From the NCBI GenBank assembly GCA_045532695.1, contig JAZSGK010000023.1, positions 1 through 46,974 on the forward strand: 46,974 nt of DNA, read 5' to 3'. Origin of the DNA: Acutalibacteraceae bacterium. GTDB lineage: Bacteria > Bacillota > Clostridia > Oscillospirales > Acutalibacteraceae. Both the position numbers and the translations under genes were made by a program. Below are positions 35,613-43,765 of this stretch, piece after piece; within the stretch, counting starts at the first letter, position 1; each line of letters opens with the position of its first letter. The notes beneath the pieces were generated by a model. That model ran no database searches. It saw only the letters and a list, made by a program, of their open reading frames with translations, and was not told the DNA's origin.

Positions 35613-36141
35613 TATCATTGAAATTCGATTTATTTATCAGTGCTACAAGAAGCGGTACTAAAACTATCTGTAATATTATGCCGGGTATCGCATTTGTAAC
35701 ACCGCCTGCCCAGAAAGCAGCCATTCCGAATGCAGATGCATCAAGTCCTGTGCATATAAATCTCACCGCACCCCATACAAGACGTCCCGATATCATAGCT
35801 ATGAGAAGTGCGGGATATATGTATCCTCTTTTTTTAGGGAATATACGGTACATAAGGCCCGACACAAAGCCGTAGGTTGCAAGCTCAAAAGCCATTGCTA
35901 TCCCCTTAGGAAACAGCGGAGGCATTCCCACAGTAACCGCACGGAGAAGCGGCGCAATGAAGCCTGCAACTGCTCCCCACGGTGAGCCGCATACAAAGCC
36001 GCAAAGAAGTATCGGTATATGCATCGGTGCAAGCATTGCTCCTATCTGCTGTATCTGTCCTGTAAGAAAAGGAAGAACATATGCAAGAGCTAAAAACACC
36101 GCCGACAATGTTAGTTTTTTTATGTTTGTCTGTTTATTCAT
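35608..36141 (-). CDS. ECF-transporter S (substrate-capture) component, substrate unknown
   Basis: 177 aa, 5-6 TM, with the typical KKLTLSAVFLALAYVLPFL..HIPILLCGF..GPWGA pattern of ECF_trnsprt-family S components. Confidence 0.75.
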   Translation of the reverse strand: MNKQTNIKKLTLSAVFLALAYVLPFLTGQIQQIGAMLAPMHIPILLCGFVCGSPWGAVAGFIAPLLRAVTVGMPPLFPKGIAMAFELATYGFVSGLMYRIFPKKRGYIYPALLIAMISGRLVWGAVRFICTGLDASAFGMAAFWAGGVTNAIPGIILQIVLVPLLVALINKSNFNDK

Positions 36142-36168
36142 AGAGTAACCTTCCTGTCATCAGTGGCT

Positions 36169-37203
36169 TTATACCGGCACTACCTCACCGGGCTTATCAA
36201 GACTGAAGCTGTATTTTTTGCTGTAGTCCATACCTGCACACATAAGCATAGTCTTTTCATTGCAGTTATAAACGCTGCTCCAGAGAGTGATAACCTGATG
36301 CTTCAGGGTCTTGTGCTGATAGTTGAGTGTCACCTCGGAAAGAAGCTTCATTGCAGCGTCTTCTGTAATTATACCGCCGGTTTCAGCAAGTGTTTTTTCG
36401 ATTTTTTCATATCTGTCATAGCCTCTGCCGTCATGATTGTCTCCGCCGGGTGTAAGGAAGAAGTTTGTAAGCATAAGATTGTCTTCCTCTTTTTTCTGAC
36501 GGATAACATTCATTTTATTATCCACATATTCAATTATTGCGCTGTTACCTTCAGCATCAGCTAACTGATAGTGGTAGTTGATAAAGAGAGAGTCATGCAT
36601 ATCGTAGGAACCAAAAAGATCAATGGCCTCATCAACAGTTGCACACTTATCAAGCACAGCACGGAGAGCAACAGTAGTAATAATCGGCTTTTTGCCGGTA
36701 TTCTGCTTTGTGGCCTTCGACTTTATCTCGAGTATACCGCAGGCAAGACCCTTTTCATTTATACCGTCCATTGAGGTATAAGGAGCACCCATAACACGAA
36801 GAGGCTTCTTGGCATTCTTGAGAGGCATATACTTTGTACCGTGAAGGAAGAAGGTAGTATCAACCACACTCATACTGCGGTATCCCTTTTCGGGTTTACT
36901 CCAGAGTACAAGACAGGGAGCTTCTTTATAGTCAAAGTTTCTGCCGAAAATATAGTTTCCCTCAGGTGTTTTGGCATTAAATGTCGAGCAGGCAAAGCCG
37001 TCGTGGTTGGGATTGACTGTAAGGGCAGGCATTTTAACTTCTTTCTGTAAAAATCTGACTGCATCCATAATGGTGCCGCAGCCCTTTTCGAGAAGGGCGT
37101 CAAGTCCGTAAGAGCTTTTATATTCCATAGTCCAGATGTTGTCATCAACCTGCTTAAGGGTTGCGAGAGTATCTTCCATCTGTTTCTTTGCCGAATTATT
37201 CAT
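36169..37203 (-). CDS. choloylglycine hydrolase (CBAH/Ntn) family linear amide C-N hydrolase with N-terminal propeptide
   Basis: ACSTFNAKTPEGNYIFGRNFDY parallels the BSH/PVA N-terminus CTGLA..DG..LFGRNMD. Start set to ATG 37203, which has AAAGGAGAGA upstream. Confidence 0.8.
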   Translation of the reverse strand: MNNSAKKQMEDTLATLKQVDDNIWTMEYKSSYGLDALLEKGCGTIMDAVRFLQKEVKMPALTVNPNHDGFACSTFNAKTPEGNYIFGRNFDYKEAPCLVLWSKPEKGYRSMSVVDTTFFLHGTKYMPLKNAKKPLRVMGAPYTSMDGINEKGLACGILEIKSKATKQNTGKKPIITTVALRAVLDKCATVDEAIDLFGSYDMHDSLFINYHYQLADAEGNSAIIEYVDNKMNVIRQKKEEDNLMLTNFFLTPGGDNHDGRGYDRYEKIEKTLAETGGIITEDAAMKLLSEVTLNYQHKTLKHQVITLWSSVYNCNEKTMLMCAGMDYSKKYSFSLDKPGEVVPV

Positions 37204-37261
37204 TTTTCTCTCCTTTGATTTTTTCATTTAAAGTAGTATAGCATATATTATAATCAATATC

Positions 37262-37296
37262 AATAATAAATCAAGCAGCCGCATAAGCGACTGCTT
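37262..37296 (-). terminator. intrinsic terminator of the His-rich peptide gene
   Basis: Stem AAGCAG(C)CGC/GCG(A)CTGCTT with a 4-nt loop and a T-rich tail on the minus strand. Confidence 0.65.
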
Positions 37297-37314
37297 AAAT
37301 CATCTGCGTCAATA

Positions 37315-37503
37315 TCAGTGCTCACCGTAGTGAGTTTCACCGTCTGCATGAGTATGATAGTCTGTTACAACCTCATCATAGTGAGTGGAGCCGTCTTCAT
37401 GTACATGATAGCCGGGATTTGTCGGCGAGGTCCTGCTGAGGATAACAGCTATAATCGCTAAGATAATAACAACAACAGCAACGGGAATAAATATCTTTTT
37501 CAT
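37315..37503 (-). CDS. 62-aa membrane-anchored His-rich protein
   Basis: ATG 37503 follows AAAAGGAG. TM segment IFIPVAVVVIILAIIAVIL, then the duplicated motif HVHEDGSTHY / HTHADGETHY. Confidence 0.65.
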   Translation of the reverse strand: MKKIFIPVAVVVIILAIIAVILSRTSPTNPGYHVHEDGSTHYDEVVTDYHTHADGETHYGEH

Positions 37504-37584
37504 AACTATATGCTCCTTTTCTTTTTGTCGGTGATATTTTATCATTACGAAGCTGATTTGTCAATTAAAAATCTTTCCTATGTC

Positions 37585-38190
37585 TCAGGCAACTGTACTC
37601 TCCGTCTTATTTTCCGCTTTTACTACCGGGGTAAAATTCACAACAAACAAGAAAATTTCGATAAGTGCAAGAGGTATCATTTCCATCAGTGCGCTCTTGC
37701 CTACAGTGGCAAATATAACTAAGAATGTGCCTAAAATTGCAAATACACAAACGGTAAGAATACCGAAGCTCTTATGCTTTTTGCGGTTTATGATAAAATA
37801 CAGAGCAATAGATGCAACAGTAAATGCAATAAAAAAACCTGTTGCTACCCAGTGAGCAATACGCTTGGGATTCCATGAGTCGATGCTGTGTCCGAGAGTC
37901 AGAGCAACTACAGCCATACCCACAACACCGAGAATTCCGAGAATGTCATAGAGCTTTCCTCTGAAGCCGAACTTGTTATACATATACTGTGAATTAATAA
38001 AGATGCCGCCGGAGGTAAGAATGCCCCAGGCCCAGAAATAGAGCTTTCTGTCCTCGCAAAGAAGAGACAGTGTGCCAAGCTCTGATGCAGGATTATTACC
38101 CCAGAAGAATGGCAGTGCAAGTCCGTAGACAAAGGCGCAAATTAAAAAGCCTATGCACAAAGGCTTTGAAAAGATTTTTTCCGTTTTCAT
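37585..38190 (-). CDS. integral membrane protein, function unknown
   Basis: 201 aa with about 6 TM segments. GAGAGGA RBS. Confidence 0.8.
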   Translation of the reverse strand: MKTEKIFSKPLCIGFLICAFVYGLALPFFWGNNPASELGTLSLLCEDRKLYFWAWGILTSGGIFINSQYMYNKFGFRGKLYDILGILGVVGMAVVALTLGHSIDSWNPKRIAHWVATGFFIAFTVASIALYFIINRKKHKSFGILTVCVFAILGTFLVIFATVGKSALMEMIPLALIEIFLFVVNFTPVVKAENKTESTVA

Positions 38191-38285
38191 TTTTGATCCT
38201 CTCTTTTTTTACATTTTAGGCTATTATATCACATTATTAAAGATTATTAATGCCGGTTGAGAAATATAACGGTTTTATATAAAAA

Positions 38286-38310
38286 CAGCGCACCTTTTAC
38301 AGGTACGCTG
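38286..38310 (-). terminator. intrinsic terminator (minus strand)
   Basis: Stem CAGCG.ACCT/AGGT.CGCTG followed on the minus strand by TTTTTATATAAAA. Confidence 0.6.
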
Positions 38311-38425
38311 AAAAAAGAAATTTTTTGCTGTGTCTGACGAACGAGGTGCGTGTCTGTTCAACACTTACCGGAGAGGGATTCTGTCATTTGTTGCCTACAG
38401 CACTGCGGATATTTTTAAGAGCTGT

Positions 38426-38686
38426 TTAAAGCTTATTCTTTTCAAGGTTTACCTCGCTTTCGTTATCAAAAGACGCACACTCAAAAAGAATTACATCGGT
38501 AACTATATCAAAGTCTTCGGCATAAAGACTTTCCGCCGACTGAACATAGTCACCTCACACATATGCCGTAACTCTGAAGTTTTCAGCCCTGTTGCCGATG
38601 TTTTCTCCGCCGATACCAAGAATTCCCGCCAGAAAAGTGATACATGCAGTAAAAAATGCAATTACTCTTTCAATAAATGCTATCAT
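38426..38686 (-). pseudogene. small gene interrupted by an in-frame TGA (43-aa TM peptide, or an 86-codon disrupted/recoded gene)
   Basis: AAAAGGAGA RBS and ATG 38686 give MIAFIERVIAFFTACITFLAGILGIGGENIGNRAENFRVTAYV. TGA follows at 38555-38557. The same frame stays open for 42 more codons (GDYVQSAESLYAEDFDIVTDVILFECASFDNESEVNLEKNKL) to TAA 38426-38428. Confidence 0.4.
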
Positions 38687-38734
38687 ATTGTCTCCTTTTA
38701 CTTAAGTATACAGAAATAAATTTTCTACGCTTTT

Positions 38735-40123
38735 TCAATTCAGCGGCACTGTTACGTTATCATCATCAAGTCCTGCATTATAAAGCAGCGGTCCGATAAC
38801 ATCAGGCAAAGTATATCCACCGAGGAATTTGCTTGCTTCCACACCGAAAACCGAAAGAAGCTTTTCTATTTTTCTGAAACTGCCCATTGTAATTTTGTAT
38901 TCTACGGTTTCGGGTGAATAAGGTGCGTTACCGCGGTAAAGGTTAGCGACAAGCTCCATAATCAGGTCAACAAATTTTCTGTCTTTTTTATCCGCAAAGT
39001 CATTTTCTTTAAGGTTATGATATTTCTTTGAAAACTTTGCAACCTTACTGTAGGTGAGGCCGTTGAGCTTTCTGCCAAGATACATAACAACTTTAGGATG
39101 CTTAAGAATCAGATCCTTCGGCATAGAAATGCCGCCTTCTGTATTGGCAAAAGCTTCAACATCGTGTTCCATATTGTACGGTATTTTCTCAATGATACCG
39201 AGAAAGCCGTTTCTTGCATATTCGGTGAAGGAGGCACCCAGATCAGGGAGGTCGATATCTATTGTGCGTATATCCGCAGTGCCTTTTTCGGTATCAATTG
39301 TAATCTTTCTCATTTTGGGCGGGAAGCCTGAAAGCGATGAGGTCTGCACACTGTAGATTTTATTGCCATTATAGCTTACAAATTCTCCCATATACTGAAT
39401 ATGTGTGTGACCGCTGAAGAAAAGTCGTACTCCCATATCAGCAAGCTCTTTAATTCTCTTTTCACCGTCTGCAAAGGTGTGTCCCTTGCCCATTATTTTG
39501 TAAGCGGGTGAAGGAGTAACTATAGGGCGGTGAGTACTGCAGATAACGGTTGCACCCTTTTCTTTTGCTTTTTCAGTATGTGCCTTTACCCACGCCATCA
39601 GCTCATCTGAGAAAACAGGTCCCTCATCTGTAGAGTCATATCCCATAGCAATATAGTAAAGTCCCGGAAGGATTTCGGCAATAAATGTAGTATCGTCACC
39701 TCCGTATACGTCGAAGGCCTTGTCTCTGCCGAAGGGATAGTATATCCTTTTTACTTCGTCTTCGGGCAGGTGCTCTGCAGGGACCTTCTCACCCTTTTCA
39801 TTGAAACTGTAAATATAAAAGGGCGGATAGTCATGAATATCCGGATAAGCAAAGGGTCTGCCGCCTTTTTCCGTAAATTCCTGCAGGATATCTCTTACCT
39901 CCTCATGGCTGTATGCTTCACCGTGATTTGTAAGGTCGCCTGTAATAATAGCCGTGCTTGTTTCCGGATCGTTTTCAACAATTTCCAAAGCCTTTTTAAG
40001 TGCTTCTTCGCTTTTCAGGATACATATCTGTGTGCTCGGCTGAGGAAATGTGCGCCAGTCGCACTTAAAGTTCCTTTTGCTGTAATAATGTACGTCAGTG
40101 ATATGATAAAAATTATAAATCAT
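38735..40123 (-). CDS. calcineurin-like metallophosphoesterase
   Basis: HITDVHY, GDLTNHGE and GHTHIQ motifs. ATG 40123 follows GGAGG. The track start 40138 contains that RBS. Confidence 0.85.
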   Translation of the reverse strand: MIYNFYHITDVHYYSKRNFKCDWRTFPQPSTQICILKSEEALKKALEIVENDPETSTAIITGDLTNHGEAYSHEEVRDILQEFTEKGGRPFAYPDIHDYPPFYIYSFNEKGEKVPAEHLPEDEVKRIYYPFGRDKAFDVYGGDDTTFIAEILPGLYYIAMGYDSTDEGPVFSDELMAWVKAHTEKAKEKGATVICSTHRPIVTPSPAYKIMGKGHTFADGEKRIKELADMGVRLFFSGHTHIQYMGEFVSYNGNKIYSVQTSSLSGFPPKMRKITIDTEKGTADIRTIDIDLPDLGASFTEYARNGFLGIIEKIPYNMEHDVEAFANTEGGISMPKDLILKHPKVVMYLGRKLNGLTYSKVAKFSKKYHNLKENDFADKKDRKFVDLIMELVANLYRGNAPYSPETVEYKITMGSFRKIEKLLSVFGVEASKFLGGYTLPDVIGPLLYNAGLDDDNVTVPLN

Positions 40124-40219
40124 GGCTTTATCCTCCAATCTGTCCTGATAATTATATCATAACAGCCGGTATCAAACAACAAAAATTTACAAATTCGTTG
40201 TGTTATTTTACCAAATCGC

Positions 40220-40248
40220 TTGAAAAAGAAAAATAAAAATGTTAAAAT
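40220..40248 (+). promoter_or_regulatory. sigmaA-type promoter for the GPH transporter gene
   Basis: TTGAAA (40220-40225), a 17-nt spacer, then TAAAAT (40243-40248). The ORF-track TTG start is this -35 box. Confidence 0.5.
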
Positions 40249-40273
40249 TAAACAAATATTTATTGGAGATGAT

Positions 40274-41809
40274 ATGATGTTTAAGAAAAAAACAACTTCA
40301 CCTGCCGAAATACCCCAGGGCGGACTCTCTCACGGCGAAGTCAAATACATATCGAAATTCGAATATTTCTGTGTTATGCTTTCAAGAATAGGCGGTATGT
40401 TCGGCACTACTCTTACAGGTACTCTTGCAGCTGCTTTCCTTCACGAGCTTTACTTCGGTCCTGCCGGTGTCGATTCAGAGGGAATTGCAAGCATTCTTGC
40501 TGTTCAGACTACAATTACAACAATCTTAGGTATAGCAATGGGTGCTGTTTCAGGCATTATTATCCAGAAAACAAGAACCCGTTGGGGCAGATACCGTCAT
40601 TGGTATATCATTTGTCTTATTCCCATATTTGCTCTTACTGCTTTATACTTCTATGTTCCTCAGGGATGGACTGTTCAGCAGATGACTCTTTTCCGTTACG
40701 GCATAGCTTGCTGTCAGACCATATTCAACGCATTCAACAACGCAGGCCAGAATATCGTTCAGGTTATTTCACCCAACCCCAAGGAAAAGAAAACCGTTGC
40801 AACTATCTGGCAGTTATCTTATTATATCGGTTACGGCGGAGCATATATTGCAACCTTCGTTTACGGTATCTTCAGCGACGATAAGAATAAGATGTATATG
40901 ACACTTGCTCTTGTTGCTGCTTCAATCACTGCTTTCGGTAACCTTATGTGCGCTCTCTTCTGTAAAGAAAGAATCGAGCTTCCCAAAAAAGAAAAAGTCA
41001 AGGTTTCAAAGGCACTTCTTAATCTCTTCAAATACAGAAACTACCGTGCATTCCAGTATATGCAGTGGGTTAATAACTTTGCTATGCTCGGTAAAATGTC
41101 AACCTATCTTGCTGCAATCACAGTCGGCTCATCAAAGAACCTTCTTCTTACACTTCCTACCGCTGTGGGTACTGTTGTAGGTAACCTTATCTGCACAAAG
41201 CTTTCCAAGAAGCACGAACCCACAAAGCTGCTTAAATTCTGCGGTATCTATTCACCGGTTGCAGCTTGTGTACTTTTCGGCATCTGCTTTGTTGAAGCAA
41301 AAATGGGCATCAGATTCTTTGAAGGCTGGAACAGTATATTCTTCTATGTATTCTATTTCGTTTTCGGTATCGGTATCGGTATTCAGGAGCTTTCAAAATC
41401 CCACTTCGACGTTGAATTCTATGACTATCTTGAATGGCAGACCGGTGAAAGAATGGAAGCTGTTCAGGGTATCATTCCCGGTTGGATAAACTCAGGCTGC
41501 AACTATCTCAAGGAACTTGCAATCCCCTATATGATTGCCTGGGCAGGTTATATGTCTTCAGTTGAAGGCGACCTTGTTAAAACAATGCAGGCTCAGCCTA
41601 CATATCTTGACACCTGTCTTAAGATTCTCGCATTCCTTATCTTCGGCTACACCCTTGCGAATATCCTAAAGGCTCTTATTCTTAAATTCTTCTATGATAT
41701 TGAAGGTGAAAAGAAAGAGCAGATGTACCGTGATCTTGAAGCAATCAGAGAAGAACGCCACAAGGAAAACGAAAGTCTCAGCCAGGCTAAAGAAGCTCTT
41801 GGTGAATAA
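40274..41809 (+). CDS. GPH-family (glycoside-pentoside-hexuronide:cation symporter-like) MFS transporter
   Basis: 12-TM protein with a MelB/GPH-like layout and a charged C-terminal tail. ATG 40274 follows GGAG. Confidence 0.8.
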   Translation: MMFKKKTTSPAEIPQGGLSHGEVKYISKFEYFCVMLSRIGGMFGTTLTGTLAAAFLHELYFGPAGVDSEGIASILAVQTTITTILGIAMGAVSGIIIQKTRTRWGRYRHWYIICLIPIFALTALYFYVPQGWTVQQMTLFRYGIACCQTIFNAFNNAGQNIVQVISPNPKEKKTVATIWQLSYYIGYGGAYIATFVYGIFSDDKNKMYMTLALVAASITAFGNLMCALFCKERIELPKKEKVKVSKALLNLFKYRNYRAFQYMQWVNNFAMLGKMSTYLAAITVGSSKNLLLTLPTAVGTVVGNLICTKLSKKHEPTKLLKFCGIYSPVAACVLFGICFVEAKMGIRFFEGWNSIFFYVFYFVFGIGIGIQELSKSHFDVEFYDYLEWQTGERMEAVQGIIPGWINSGCNYLKELAIPYMIAWAGYMSSVEGDLVKTMQAQPTYLDTCLKILAFLIFGYTLANILKALILKFFYDIEGEKKEQMYRDLEAIREERHKENESLSQAKEALGE

Positions 41810-41838
41810 CTACAAGGACCGGAACTAAAATAAAAAGC

Positions 41839-41876
41839 GAAGCCTCCTTGCGTTTGCAGGGAGGCTTTCTGTTTTC
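41839..41876 (+). terminator. hairpin/partial terminator between the transporter and phosphodiesterase genes
   Basis: Stem GAAGCCTCC/GGAGGCTTT around TTGCGTTTGCAG, followed by CTGTTTT. Confidence 0.55.
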
Positions 41877-41897
41877 AGCAGAAAGTGAGGAATATAA

Positions 41898-42812
41898 ATG
41901 TTCAGGAAGTATTCTCATATAATTGTCATCGGTGTTGACGGTGCCGGTGCCTGGTTCAAGGATGCGGACACTCCTTTTTTCGATAAAATATTCAAAGACG
42001 GCGCGGTAACATACGGAGCGCTTTCTTCAAAGCCGACAATAAGTGCGGAGTGCTGGGGTTCAATGCTTATAGGTGTAGGTCCCGAAATACATAAGCTGAC
42101 TAATAACAAGGTTTCGGTTTTACCCTATCCCCTTTTCTCAAAAAATCCCACTGTCTTCCGCCGTATAAGAAAAGCTTATCCTGAAGCAGAGCTCGGCTCC
42201 TACTGCGACTGGAACCCTATCAACAAAGGCATTGTTGAAAAAGCTATCGGCGTTAACAAGCAAACAGCAAAAGACAAAGAACTGACACCTCTTATATGTG
42301 ACTATATCAAAGAAAAGAAACCCGATTTTTTCTTCGTTCATTTTGACAGCGTTGACGGTGCAGGTCACGGCAACGGCTACGGCACACAGGAACATCTGAA
42401 CGCTATAAATAAAGTTGACGCTCTTATCGGAGATGTATACTCTGCTATTAAAGATGCCGCTATCCTCGAAGATACTCTCTTTATGGTTATCGCAGACCAC
42501 GGCGGTACCAACAACGGTGACGGCAAGGGCACTCACGGCGGCTGGACAGATGAAGAAAAATATGTGACCTTCGCCGCAATAGGCAAAGATGTAATCAGCG
42601 GCGAAATCAAGGAAATGAATATCCGTGACCTTGCAGCTATTATTCTTTATGCTATGGGCATCGATCTGCCCGACTTCAATGAAAATGGCTGGACTGCACA
42701 GCTTCCCCTTGGACTGTTCAAGGACTACGAAGGCATATACCGTGACATTTCACATCTTACAGGTGCAGCACCGAGAATATCAAAAGAGCATCATAAATCT
42801 GAGCTTGTGTGA
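41898..42812 (+). CDS. alkaline-phosphatase-superfamily phosphodiesterase/nucleotide pyrophosphatase-like enzyme (cytoplasmic)
   Basis: IVIGVDGAG, HFDSVDGAGHGNGYG and VIADHGG metal-ligand motifs. No signal peptide. Confidence 0.85.
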   Translation: MFRKYSHIIVIGVDGAGAWFKDADTPFFDKIFKDGAVTYGALSSKPTISAECWGSMLIGVGPEIHKLTNNKVSVLPYPLFSKNPTVFRRIRKAYPEAELGSYCDWNPINKGIVEKAIGVNKQTAKDKELTPLICDYIKEKKPDFFFVHFDSVDGAGHGNGYGTQEHLNAINKVDALIGDVYSAIKDAAILEDTLFMVIADHGGTNNGDGKGTHGGWTDEEKYVTFAAIGKDVISGEIKEMNIRDLAAIILYAMGIDLPDFNENGWTAQLPLGLFKDYEGIYRDISHLTGAAPRISKEHHKSELV

Positions 42813-42822
42813 GGTATAGAGT

Positions 42823-43764
42823 ATGAATTTTATAAAGGTTACTGATAACAAAAATGTTTTTGCAGACGGTATCCACGATGATACGAAAGCTCTGCAAGAG
42901 TGTATAGATAAAGTAAAAGACGGAGGTACGGTGTATTTTCCCGACGGTACCTATCTTGTTTCCGCATCACTGATTTTCTATTCAAATCAGATTTTCAAGC
43001 TCTCTGACAATGCCGTTATTTTAAGAAGCAAGGAAAGCAAGCCCATAACAAGATATCTGTTAGCTTCCTATTCTGAGCCTGAGTGGAGTGGCTATGGGGG
43101 CACTCATGACGTCATTATCACAGGCGGTATCTTTGACGGCAATGCAGATATAACTGAAAAATCAACTCTTGTCAATACGGTACACTGCCGTAATATCAAA
43201 ATAGAGTCTTGTCGTTTCCGCCACTGCTCAATGTGGCATATGATTGAGATTAATTCAACTGAAAATGCTATAATACATAACTGTATTTTTGACGGCCCTA
43301 CATATACTGTTGTACCTGAAAATCTCCTTAATGAGCAGATACAGCTTGACCTTGCCCGTGACGGATCCTACGGTCCTGTATATAACTGTGACGGCACACT
43401 TATAGATTTCTGCAAGGACGATACTGTCTGCCGTAACATTGTAATCACAAACAACATTTTCAAATGTGCAGGCTTCCCGGCTATCGGTCATCACGGTGAC
43501 TGTGAGCATCATAACATTTTAATCGAAAACAATATTTTTGACGGTACATCAGGTCGTTACGGCAACAGCAGAGGATATATAATCTTCAGACCAATGGTTT
43601 ATGATGTTGAAATAAAAAACAACTGTTTCATTTCAGCCGAAGCTGCAGATATTCCGAACTACGGAATCATATTTGAAAATCCGGACAAAAGCAAGCTCCA
43701 GACAGAAAGCAACCTTTTCACAGGTAAAATTGACAGAGAGTTAACTATCGGTGCAGGTGAGTGA
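42823..43764 (+). CDS. right-handed beta-helix (pectate-lyase-3 / GH28-like fold) protein, cytoplasmic
   Basis: N-terminus DGIHDDTKALQECIDKVKDGGTVYFPDGTYLV is typical of Pectate_lyase_3. Repeated I.I.NN.F turns. No signal peptide. Confidence 0.8.
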   Translation: MNFIKVTDNKNVFADGIHDDTKALQECIDKVKDGGTVYFPDGTYLVSASLIFYSNQIFKLSDNAVILRSKESKPITRYLLASYSEPEWSGYGGTHDVIITGGIFDGNADITEKSTLVNTVHCRNIKIESCRFRHCSMWHMIEINSTENAIIHNCIFDGPTYTVVPENLLNEQIQLDLARDGSYGPVYNCDGTLIDFCKDDTVCRNIVITNNIFKCAGFPAIGHHGDCEHHNILIENNIFDGTSGRYGNSRGYIIFRPMVYDVEIKNNCFISAEAADIPNYGIIFENPDKSKLQTESNLFTGKIDRELTIGAGE

Positions 43765-43765
43765 G

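Noticed and set aside
38555-38557. In-frame TGA read as selenocysteine
   Set aside because: A hairpin lies about 22 nt downstream. However, there is no redox-type Cys/Sec motif, no sel genes in the window and no homologue evidence. It is kept only as a low-probability alternative in the findings.
38330-38719. 129-aa plus-strand ORF in the ORF track
   Set aside because: It has a GTG start with no RBS and a junk-like composition. The opposite strand carries a strong RBS/ATG and a downstream minus-strand terminator. I treat it as the antisense shadow of the small minus-strand gene.
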